From a virus (Duplodnaviria; Caudoviricetes), in the IMG/VR virus record IMGVR_UViG_3300008255_000066, positions 1-38,013 of that record: a DNA stretch of 38,013 nt; one strand, written 5' to 3'. The position numbers and the translations under genes are program-made. How positions within the stretch are numbered: the stretch's first letter is position 1; every line of letters starts with the position of its first letter. The notes below the pieces were generated by a model. It had not been told where the DNA came from and searched no databases. It saw only the letters and a list, made by a program, of their open reading frames with translations. Positions 6,815 to 15,900 of the stretch are shown here, piece after piece.

Positions 6815-7387
6815 TCAATTACCCTTGATCCGGTACGGAGGACACCCGTCAACCCGCATTTCCCCGAGTAACGTTAGCTTCCCGGCTTGCTCACGCTTCT
6901 CCGTCGTGTACGGGGTCGGCTGCCGTACGCGCCACACGTCCCAGCCAACCGCCTTGAAAAAGTCGCGCACAACCTCGGTGCAGTACCACTGCCATTCGCG
7001 ATTTTTCTGGACGGTGCGCTTCAGCAGGATCGACCACGCGATGCCAATGATGGCCGTCTTGTCGTAGCGCGGATGGCTCTCTTCCAGCGCGTACGCCATC
7101 TCGACTACCTTCAGCCGGTCCTCGGTGCTGATCCCAGCCGGACGCAGGAACACTACGCCGCCAGCGCCCCTGGCGTACTTCTCCCACTCCGTCACCACGA
7201 AGCCATCCTTGTACAGCGCTTCGGCGACGCCCCAGCCCCGGTCAGCATCGTACACCAGAACGCAGTCGTGACAGCCCCACGTCTTTGGAATGGCGCGGCG
7301 GATGCCGTACCCGAATACGCCGCGCGACCGGACATGCACGATGTCGCCCAGGCCACCGCCAAACTCGGCTGGGTAGTGCATCCTCAC
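6815..7387 (-). CDS. Permuted papain-like NlpC/P60 amidase (YiiX/YebB-like), candidate endolysin
   Basis: GD.V..R, His (WGCHDC) before Cys (WYCTEVV), and a YD motif give the permuted catalytic order. True start may be ATG 7381. Confidence 0.75.
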   Translation of the reverse strand: MRMHYPAEFGGGLGDIVHVRSRGVFGYGIRRAIPKTWGCHDCVLVYDADRGWGVAEALYKDGFVVTEWEKYARGAGGVVFLRPAGISTEDRLKVVEMAYALEESHPRYDKTAIIGIAWSILLKRTVQKNREWQWYCTEVVRDFFKAVGWDVWRVRQPTPYTTEKREQAGKLTLLGEMRVDGCPPYRIKGN

Positions 7388-7842
7388 TAGTCACCGCCGC
7401 CCGTGGCCGCCGGAATGATGGTCGTGGTTTCAACCGCCCTGAGCACCGCTGTCGGCGTCGTAACCACCGGGGCCGCTGTGGTGACGGCGGGCAGAGCGCC
7501 CGGAATGGCCGCAGACACGGCCGCGCTCACGGCCTGGGCGACAATGCCCTGAAGCAAGGCAGCTTGGGCCTGCATCGCCGCCACGTTGGCGTTGCTGGTG
7601 TAGTTCTGCACCAAGATCGTCGTGCCGTCAGGATTCCGGTACTCGATCCCGGGACTACCAATGGTCACGTCCTTCGGTTGCATGATGTTCGCGACGCCCG
7701 GGATGCTCACACCCGCCGTCGTGCACCCGCATGCCAGCATGAGCATGAGCCAGGCCAGCATCATCACCGCGAAGTCCAAGAAGTCCCGCATTGCTCTCTG
7801 CATGTTCCGTCTCCTTTTGCTTTCGCCTTGCGTTTCCGTCAC
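7387..7842 (-). CDS. Putative lipoprotein (spanin-like position)
   Basis: Hydrophobic signal ending LACGC (lipobox-like) and an Ala/Thr/Pro-rich tail. Start uncertain. Confidence 0.6.
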   Translation of the reverse strand: MTETQGESKRRRNMQRAMRDFLDFAVMMLAWLMLMLACGCTTAGVSIPGVANIMQPKDVTIGSPGIEYRNPDGTTILVQNYTSNANVAAMQAQAALLQGIVAQAVSAAVSAAIPGALPAVTTAAPVVTTPTAVLRAVETTTIIPAATGGGD

Positions 7843-9116
7843 CCGAAAATCATCACCTGCGGGGTATAGCCGCCGGCAACCGCCTCCGTGATCGACAGGT
7901 ACGGGTCTTTGTCCGTGCCGGTCTGATCGGAGTAATATCCGCCCACTTGATAACTTCCGACGGGGGCAGAGTCAGCTACGTCCTTTGCTGACTCTCTACA
8001 ACAGACCTTCGTTGTGCCACTGATGTTAATATCCGAGACGCCAGTGGCATTGAAGTTTATTCCATTGTACCCAGCGGTGGACCATGCCCCAGAAGTTCCG
8101 TAACTCGCCCCCGTTAAAGAGTCAAAATCGACTGTGGTTAGGCTATCTTGCTGAGTCCCTTTTTGGGCATCCATGGTTGAACCATCGAAAACATACCCAT
8201 AGATGTAAAGTGATGCGGAGTCGGGGAATACAACGGCATCCGTGCTGAAGTATAAGAACGACCGTGTAATGTAATAGGTGCTGCCTGAAATTCTTGCCTC
8301 AACGAAACTGGCGTTGTTCGAAACTGTGGTTGACGTGTACCATCCACTTGTTCCGGCGCGGCAAGTTGCCCAGTCGTTGTTCTGGTTTGTAACGTACCCA
8401 TCGGCCGTCGTGCTGTAGTACGTATCCGCGTCCACCAAGAACCCGGCCGGCAGCAGTCCGTCCGTGACCGCCTTCGCGAACTCCTCCGTCGAGTCCTTGA
8501 CGTACAGGTAGCTGTCGCCGTCCTTGACCAGCGAGTGACGCACCAACCCGCGAATAGGCTCGTAATCGCGGTCGCGCACCGGCTCTTGCGTCTTGGGGTC
8601 GCACACCGCAGGTTCCCGAATCCTGAACCTGAACCCGCCGTCGATGGTCGAGAACAGCCAGAACTCGCCGTACTGCTCTACCACGCGCAGCCCGGTCAGG
8701 TGCAGCCGGAAGATGATGCGGAACTCGCGGCAGTCCTTGGCCGGTGCTATCAGCATCCGGCAGCGCTGGCGATGCCGCCAGACCGCGATGTTCGCAGGCT
8801 GGACCTTCCCGTCCTTGCCGTCGAACTCAGCCGCCTCAAACGACCACTCCATCTGCTCCGTGCCGGTCTGGTTGAAGTCCGGGCGCAGGCCCAGGAACTT
8901 CTCGGCGCTCCCGTCCAGGCGTCGGCCGACAGATACGACGCTGGCCGTATTGACACGCGACTGCCCGACGCCGGTCATCACGTCCTGGACGCGCCCCAGG
9001 TCGATCCAGTCCAGCCCGCCGACGCCCATATAACCAATCGGATTGTGCGGCCCCCGGCAGTGCAGGAGTCCGCGTCTCGGGCTACAGGTTGTGCGGCTGA
9101 TGAGTTGCACGGTCAT
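7839..9116 (-). CDS. Tail-associated/receptor-binding protein with an AT-richer, Ser/Thr/Gly-rich C-terminal beta domain
   Basis: 425-aa ORF in the tail-fibre cluster. RSFLYF...DKDPYLSI pattern recalls DNRLRE-type domains. Confidence 0.6.
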   Translation of the reverse strand: MTVQLISRTTCSPRRGLLHCRGPHNPIGYMGVGGLDWIDLGRVQDVMTGVGQSRVNTASVVSVGRRLDGSAEKFLGLRPDFNQTGTEQMEWSFEAAEFDGKDGKVQPANIAVWRHRQRCRMLIAPAKDCREFRIIFRLHLTGLRVVEQYGEFWLFSTIDGGFRFRIREPAVCDPKTQEPVRDRDYEPIRGLVRHSLVKDGDSYLYVKDSTEEFAKAVTDGLLPAGFLVDADTYYSTTADGYVTNQNNDWATCRAGTSGWYTSTTVSNNASFVEARISGSTYYITRSFLYFSTDAVVFPDSASLYIYGYVFDGSTMDAQKGTQQDSLTTVDFDSLTGASYGTSGAWSTAGYNGINFNATGVSDINISGTTKVCCRESAKDVADSAPVGSYQVGGYYSDQTGTDKDPYLSITEAVAGGYTPQVMIFG

Positions 9117-9118
9117 CC

Positions 9119-9616
9119 TCAGTCGTAGGTAAACTGAATCTCAAACGCGAACCACTTCATGGCCGCATCCGGCGCGGCCCCGAAGCTCCAATAAAGGCAC
9201 TTGCCCGCCGCCACGGTTGCATCGTCGAACCCGCTGGTAATTGTGCGGTATCCGTCCAACGTGTCGCACACGTCCACCACGGCGGCGTTTGCGAGACCTA
9301 TCAGGTTGTCGGCCCACTTGAGGTCAAGGTCCAACTCCGTCGTCGGGTTCGCGTCGCACCAGACCTTGATTGACGTGATCGTGATCGCCGCGTCGATCGC
9401 AATCCAGATCGGGACAATCGTGTCCACGTTAGTGTGGTAGCCGTTCGGGTCCGTCACGACGCCGCGCAGTATCCGGGTCAGGCGCGTCTCCAGTTTGACG
9501 TTGCCCGAGTTGCCGATGTACACCTCATTCGTGTCGGTGCACAGTCCGATCTCGCCGGCCCCGAGTGCGGGCAGGTTGGCTTTCGTTCCGCGTTTGACTT
9601 GGAGTGTGTTCGCCAC
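9119..9616 (-). CDS. Tail fibre protein with Mtd_N-like N-terminal domain
   Basis: MANTLQVKRGTKANLPALGAGEIGLCTDTNEVYIG. GTG start with AAGGAG RBS. Confidence 0.8.
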   Translation of the reverse strand: MANTLQVKRGTKANLPALGAGEIGLCTDTNEVYIGNSGNVKLETRLTRILRGVVTDPNGYHTNVDTIVPIWIAIDAAITITSIKVWCDANPTTELDLDLKWADNLIGLANAAVVDVCDTLDGYRTITSGFDDATVAAGKCLYWSFGAAPDAAMKWFAFEIQFTYD

Positions 9617-9619
9617 GTG

Positions 9620-10048
9620 CTACTCCTTGCCGCGCTTGCGGCGACGGCTCAGCAGTTCTGCCATCTCGCCCGTGAGCCGGTCGCACTCGGCGGCGAGCGC
9701 CGCAGTCCGCGTGCGTTCCTCGCATAACAGAGCCTCTGCGCTCAGGCGTTGCTGGTCCTGCCAGTCGAGCTTCTTCGCCAGTTCGGCGTTGCGCTTGAGC
9801 AGTTCGTCACGCTCGTGGGCGAGTTTTTCGCGCAGCGCGGGTTCCGCGGCCGCCGTGGCGCGCGCAGCGTCGAGCTCCGTCCTGGCTTGCGCCAGTGCCG
9901 CGCGCAGATTGGCAAGCTGCTTGCCGGTCCCGATCTTCTCGACCGCCGCGACTCCGAGCGCAAAGACCAGGTCGTCGGTATCGACCAAGGCCGCGGCTGC
10001 CGGCGCGGTCGCCGGCGCGCCGGGCGTGGTGAAGGATGCTTCCTGCAT
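9620..10048 (-). CDS. Coiled-coil hypothetical protein (possible fibre chaperone)
   Basis: Long heptad-like helix and AGGAGG RBS. Confidence 0.7.
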   Translation of the reverse strand: MQEASFTTPGAPATAPAAAALVDTDDLVFALGVAAVEKIGTGKQLANLRAALAQARTELDAARATAAAEPALREKLAHERDELLKRNAELAKKLDWQDQQRLSAEALLCEERTRTAALAAECDRLTGEMAELLSRRRKRGKE

Positions 10049-10070
10049 GGTGGCTGCCTCCTAATCAGAC

Positions 10071-11084
10071 TCAGACGGGGAATGCGCCGCAGTCGATGGT
10101 GCTGCCGCTGTGCAGGAGCGTGCTGCCACCCGCGCCATGCACGCCGGTCGTGGCGACTGCGTGATCGTAGAACGCGTTGCTGGTCGGGGCCTTGCCGGTC
10201 TCCGCGTCCGTCCCCCCAGCCGTGTCGTCCAGGTACGTCGTCCCGAACGCGACAAACTCCAGGGCGGCCGCGCCGCTGTTGACGCGGACAACCTTTCCGC
10301 CTGCGCTGGTGAAGTTGGCCGGGGTGTCGGTGAGGCCGACGAAGGTTGTCGCACCGGCCGATATTGGCAGGTCGGAGAACGTGATGTTGTGCGTGCCCGG
10401 CGTGGCCGCTTCCGGCTCGTTGGTGCAGACGTACACCTTGCCGGCATTTGCCGTCCCCCCCGTGACGGGCACAAACGAATGCGGGATCTCGCTGGCCGCG
10501 TCAAAGTCCGTTGCGCGCGTCCAGGCCCCGGAGCCCGACACGTAGATGCCGTTCTCTTTCGCGTCGGCCTGGTTCTTGACTAGGACGCGGTCCGCGGACG
10601 TCAGCACGCCGTCGATGGTCTGCTCGCCAGAGAGCGACGCGATGTTGGCGGTGGAGGCACAGGCGACGGCCGTTTTGGGCTGCAAGCCCACCGCTACCGC
10701 GTCCACGTACGCCTTGGTCGCGGCGTCCTGGGCGGAAGCCGGGTCCGCCACGCCGGTGAGCTTCTGGGAGTTGAGCGCAAAGTCCGCACCGGCCTGGCCG
10801 GACAGGATGGCCAGGATCTCGGCGCCGGTCAGGGCCGCGATGTTGCCGCCGGTTTTGCGGCCGACCACGCGCTGCTCGTCGATCTGTAGCGCGGCCGGGG
10901 TGTTGTCCGCGGTGGCGGCGAGGATCGTTTGCGCGTTGAACTCATGCCACATTACCGCTTGGTGGTTGGTCGTGCCGTCGCCCACGAACAGTTCTTTTGT
11001 ATCCGTGGCAAAGCCGGGCTCACCGGCCGCCAGGGTGGTGAGGTTGGTCTTGAGCCCGCGCTTGATTTGCAGTGTGTTTGCCAT
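10071..11084 (-). CDS. Tail fibre protein with Mtd_N-like N-terminus
   Basis: ATG 11084 after AAGGAG. MANTLQIKRG..LAAGEPGFATDTKELFVG, DPASAQDAATKAYVD and TIDGV..DRVLVKNQ..ENGIYV..WTRATDFD fibre motifs. Confidence 0.85.
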   Translation of the reverse strand: MANTLQIKRGLKTNLTTLAAGEPGFATDTKELFVGDGTTNHQAVMWHEFNAQTILAATADNTPAALQIDEQRVVGRKTGGNIAALTGAEILAILSGQAGADFALNSQKLTGVADPASAQDAATKAYVDAVAVGLQPKTAVACASTANIASLSGEQTIDGVLTSADRVLVKNQADAKENGIYVSGSGAWTRATDFDAASEIPHSFVPVTGGTANAGKVYVCTNEPEAATPGTHNITFSDLPISAGATTFVGLTDTPANFTSAGGKVVRVNSGAAALEFVAFGTTYLDDTAGGTDAETGKAPTSNAFYDHAVATTGVHGAGGSTLLHSGSTIDCGAFPV

Positions 11085-11103
11085 AGTCTTTCTCCTTGGT
11101 TGG

Positions 11104-12903
11104 TTAGAAGCTGCCGAAATCGTGTCCGTGTGAACTGGCCGCGGCGCCCACGTCGGCCGCGGACAGCGCCGTGCCATTGATCTTGTACGCCTGGTCGGAG
11201 GGAATATTCACACTCCCGTCGTCGTCGATAGTGGCCAAACTGCCTTGTGGCGCGTATCCGGCCGGGCCGTCCTCGCGCAGGATGGCGTTGTCGGTTGACG
11301 GGGTAGGCATGGCGTGAGACACATACCAGTACGTTCCGTCGCACACGAGCCCCACGGCCAAACCCATAGGCAGGTAGTAGTAGGCGGATCCCTGGCCCTG
11401 CAGATAGATGTTTCCGCCCGATTCGAGGTGGCCGAACCGTGCCCAACTGCCGCCGGTGCGATACACCGTGATGCGCCGGCCAGCCGTGGCCGGAGTAATG
11501 GTAATGATCGGTAGTGTAGGATTATCGAAGAAGTACACATCCGTGGCAGCGCTAAGGGTCCAGACGGCGGCCGCGACACTGGCTTTCTGGGCGGCGGCGT
11601 TGTGGTCGTGTCCGGCCGCCGCGGCGCCCACGTCGGCCGCGCTCGGCATGGCGTGCACGTGATCTCGCCGCGACGCGACGACCGCCGTCCCTGGCCCGGC
11701 CGTCCCCAGTGCTGCCGGGTTCGTGCTGTCGAACATGGCCTTGTTCGTGTAGGCGGTTTCGCCATTGGCGATACCCACAACATTGATCACGCCCGCGGCC
11801 GGGGCTGTTGCCTTGACCGCCAGGCCGTGGCCGCTGGTGCTCGCGTTCAGGTCGGTATTGTCGTCGGCGGCGGCCAGGTCGTCAATCTTCGGGTTGGTGA
11901 TGGCGTGCTTGTGGTCACTGCGGCTGGCGGTCGCCGCCGCGCCTACGTCCGCGGCCCCGCCCAAGGTCTCCGGGGTCCCGGTCAGGTCCGCCACAGCGAG
12001 TGTGCCCGCGACGGTGGCCCACGTGCCGTCGTCTTTCAGGAACTTCCCCGCCGGCGTGCCGGTGGCCGGCACGCCGCCTTTCTTGGCCGCGGACAGGGCC
12101 GGCAGCCGGTCCCCGTCCAGCGTGCCGCTGGTGATGGCGCTGCCCGCGTGGGCATGGTTGCCGGCCGCCACGTTCCCGGATCCGGTGCCGACATCCTTTG
12201 TTGCCGCGTTGCCGAGGCCCAGATTGGTCCGGGCCGTGGCCGCCGTCGACGCGCCCGTACCGCCGTTTGCCACGGCCAGGTCAGTCCCGGACCAGTCGCC
12301 GTTGTTTACCGTGGACTTGGTTGCCAGGGCGCCCTGGCCGGTGACCGCGTCCGCCTCGTCCACCACGCCGTCGTCGTTCGTGTCGTAAACGCTCTTGACC
12401 ATGTCGCCCAACTCGTGCAACTGGTCGGCCATGCTGATCAACACCGGGTCCCCGTACGCGTCGAACCCGACCAGGTGCGAGGCGCGCACCGACGCCGGCG
12501 GGAAGTTGAACGCGTCGTCAGGGTCCAGCACGCCGATACGCCGGGCCAGTTCCGATCGGTGCTCTTGCAGCCGCCGCGCGAACGCGTCGAACTGCGCTTC
12601 CAGCCCCTCGACGTCCAGGAGGTTCGCTTCGGCCAGGGGCACTTCCTGCGTGATGTCCGGGCGCCGGGCCACGATCAGGCGCGTTGGCTCGGTCGGCCAC
12701 GGGTTGTCTGCCGTGACCGTGTACGTGCCGCCTACTTCGGTTTCTTCCCAGTCCCCGATCGTCGCAACCTCGCCGGTTCCCGTGTTCAGCGCCTGGACCA
12801 GGAGGTCTGTCTCCTCGTGCGGCCAGGTGAATGACGCGGTCAGTTCCGCGCCGGTGCCGGCGTTCCCGACCGCGATGCTGTATTCCGTGCTGCCGACTGT
12901 CAT
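11104..12903 (-). CDS. Tail fibre protein (podovirus-type N-terminal anchor)
   Basis: [40 protein letters not shown] and repeated SRxDHxH motifs. Follows the ejection-protein genes. Confidence 0.85.
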   Translation of the reverse strand: MTVGSTEYSIAVGNAGTGAELTASFTWPHEETDLLVQALNTGTGEVATIGDWEETEVGGTYTVTADNPWPTEPTRLIVARRPDITQEVPLAEANLLDVEGLEAQFDAFARRLQEHRSELARRIGVLDPDDAFNFPPASVRASHLVGFDAYGDPVLISMADQLHELGDMVKSVYDTNDDGVVDEADAVTGQGALATKSTVNNGDWSGTDLAVANGGTGASTAATARTNLGLGNAATKDVGTGSGNVAAGNHAHAGSAITSGTLDGDRLPALSAAKKGGVPATGTPAGKFLKDDGTWATVAGTLAVADLTGTPETLGGAADVGAAATASRSDHKHAITNPKIDDLAAADDNTDLNASTSGHGLAVKATAPAAGVINVVGIANGETAYTNKAMFDSTNPAALGTAGPGTAVVASRRDHVHAMPSAADVGAAAAGHDHNAAAQKASVAAAVWTLSAATDVYFFDNPTLPIITITPATAGRRITVYRTGGSWARFGHLESGGNIYLQGQGSAYYYLPMGLAVGLVCDGTYWYVSHAMPTPSTDNAILREDGPAGYAPQGSLATIDDDGSVNIPSDQAYKINGTALSAADVGAAASSHGHDFGSF

Positions 12904-12910
12904 GGGTGCC

Positions 12911-15900
12911 TCACTCAGCTATCCGGTTCTCATACAGCTTGCTGGCGTCCTTGTAGACCCCTGACCATTTGCGGCCCCAACGGTCTGCGTCCTCAACCGC
13001 CTGGTCCCAGTCGAAATCGTAGGTAAGGTGATTGACCATGTCGGTAGCGTTCAGCAGTCCGCGGACCGTCCAGTCTCCCGGGACTATGCTGCCGTACGGC
13101 GGCTTCCCCGCGATGATCCCGGCGATGAGCGTTTCCGTCAGCCCGCCGAACACGACCATGCCGCCGATTGGGCCACCGATGATTGTTGGCAGCACGATTT
13201 TCCACCACTCGTCGTCGCGGTCGTCGCCAAACAGCGCTTTGGCTGCCAGATTCACGCCGCCGAGTGCGAGGGGGCAAAGCAGGTGATTCACGGTGATGGT
13301 GTTCAGCGCCTGGCGGCGCGCGCCCGGTCGCCCGGCCAACGCCTCTTTCAGGGACACGTATTCGAATGCGTACATCAGTGCTTGGTTTTGCAGAAATATC
13401 CCGAAGTACCGTCCAAACTGTCCGCCGCGTCTGGACCACTCTGGGCGGACGCTCGGGTCCGTGCCCTGCTGCGTCAGGTTCACGATGTGGAACAGCCGCG
13501 TCAACGCCGCCTCGCGCGCCGGCGCCTCGGTCATGCCCATGCCGATCGCGGTCGCATACGCGTCCCGGTAGATGCCCTGTCCCACCGCGAGTGTTGCGAG
13601 TTGGTCGCCGAACGCTGGCACGACCATGCCCTTCTTCAGGATCGCCATGAACCGGTTCATGGTCGGTGTGGCCAGCGCATTGGCCAACAGGTCGTTGGGG
13701 CCATTCCAGTAGCGGTTCTTGAACTGGTCGCTGTCGCGGATGGTCCGGATCGCGTCCCACGCCGCGGAGGACGGCAGGTCAGCCATGTACTTGGCCACGT
13801 TCACGAGCCCGATCTTGTGCCCGAACTGCAAGACACCCGTTGCCTGGCTTCCGGCACTTGCGATGCGGAAGCTCAAGTAGTTGAGCGCCGTGAAACTGGC
13901 GAGCCAGTCCATGGCCGCCATGCGGTAGCCCGACCGGAACCCGCCGTTCAGGATGTCTGTCCACTGCCCGCGGAATGCGTCGAGCAGGCCCTTGCCGTGC
14001 AACCGTTCAATGGCCGCGTTTACGTCCTCAGTGCCGAAGATGCCGCGCAGGTCGCGCCCGAACTCGCCGAACCCGATCAGGTGCGTGGTGTCTCCCATTC
14101 GCCGGTCGAACATGTCCAGAACGCCGTGGGTCTCGTCCACGTCGTAGCCGTGCTGAACGCGCGATGCCAGCGCGCCTGGCAGGATGGGCGAATCGTGGAT
14201 TACAGTTTCCGGGCCCTGCTGCGGTCGCCAGACCTGCATCGGCATGTAGAGCGCATCCGGAGACACCACGGGCAGCCCGGTCAGCGTCTCGGCCACGTCG
14301 CTTACCTCACCGCGCGTCTGCTCGTAGAACTCGCGCATCCAGTTCAGGAGCGCCAAATCCTGCGGCGGCAAGGCGCGTTTCAGGGCTTGGACGTAATTTT
14401 TATTCCGCCCCCATGCCAGTGCCGGCTTCCGGTATATCAACTGCTCGCAGTACGCCACGACCTGCAGCGCCTCCTGCCGCGACAGGTTGCGCGGGCTCAG
14501 TTCGTTGCGGCTGAACGCGGCAAGTTCCGGACGCGCCATGCGCAGTTCGCGCTTGGCGCGCCACGCCGGCATGCCGTAGATGCCCTCCAACGCCTTGTCC
14601 AGTTTGCCGGACCATTCGCGTTGCAGCGTGGTCTTGCGGTCCAGGCAATGCTGATTCCGCTGCCCGAGCCGTTCCGAAAGCGCCTTCAGGTCCGCGTGCG
14701 CCGCGTCGGTCGCATACTCTCCGATCAGCCGCAACCGGTGCCAGAAGTCCAACGGCGCGGCCAGCTCGCGTTTCACCGTGCGCCAGAAGTCGCCAATGTC
14801 CTTTACCGGCTTCGCCGGCTGCAGTGCGGCCAGCACCGCGTTGCGGTCGCCGGCAATCCGCGCCTGCAGTGCCTCTTCGGCGCGCTCGATGGCTTTCATG
14901 CCGCCTTTGATAGCGTAGGTGATGTCATCCAGGGCACCGGCAAGCTGCGTCTCGGTCTTGTGCCTCAGCGCTCCATACTGGCCGTGCGCCATGTTGGCCA
15001 GCAGCATCAAGCTTTCCGTGTCGCGTTGCCGGTACCACGGGTCGGACTTGAACTCCGGTATCCAGGATTCCAGTTTGGCACGCCACGCCTTGGCCGCGGT
15101 CGGGTTAGTCCGGGCTGGGTGCGTCGGCTCATTCATGACCTCAGCCAGCTTGACCAGGCGTTCTTCAACGGTGGCCAGACCAAGGTCGTACACGCTCTTG
15201 ATGGCTCTGACGCAGCGCCGGGCCGCCGGGTGGATGTCGCGCGCGGTCAGTTCCTTGCGTGTCGCGACCGGCCCCCGCAGCGCCTTCAGGCTCAACACCC
15301 GGTCGATCTTATGCAGCAGTTCCGCCTTGGTCTCGCGCACTCTGCCCTCGTGGATCATGCCCAGAATGCGGCCGGTCTCGCGCTCGATGTAGGCCACGCC
15401 TGGCGGCCAGGCGCGGTTGCGCAGTTCGCGCACCGAGACCAGGACCTGTTCGCGGATGCGGCTGGGCAGGATCTTGCGCGCCGTCTCGCCCAGCAGTGCG
15501 ACCATGCTCCGGGCGTACTCCGCGCGCCATACCGGGTCGGTTTCCGGCTTGGTCTTCCGCGCCGTGAAGTGTCCTTCCGCGATGAGTTTGTCCAGGCACG
15601 CCTGGCGGATGGCGGGTGCGAACGTCGCCACGTCGGCCGGGGCGTCGCCTTTGACCAGGGCGGCCGGCGTCACGCCGATGGCCGTCAGTTCGTCGCGGTC
15701 GAGGCCAGACCGGGCCGCTACGGCCTGGGCGGATGCCTTCTGCCGGTCAGCGGCAAGTTCAGACTTGGCCTGAGCCAGGCGTTCCGCCCAGCCAACGGAC
15801 GTCTGGTATACCTCTTCCTCGATGCGCTTCAGCTTCCGCAGGTGCGCGGCGCTATGCTCCAGGGCGGCATGCAGGTCCGGGTCGTTCGAAATCTGGCGCT

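Noticed and set aside
7839-12903. Diversity-generating retroelement
   Set aside because: No reverse transcriptase ORF and no template/variable repeat pair with adenine-specific mismatches was seen.
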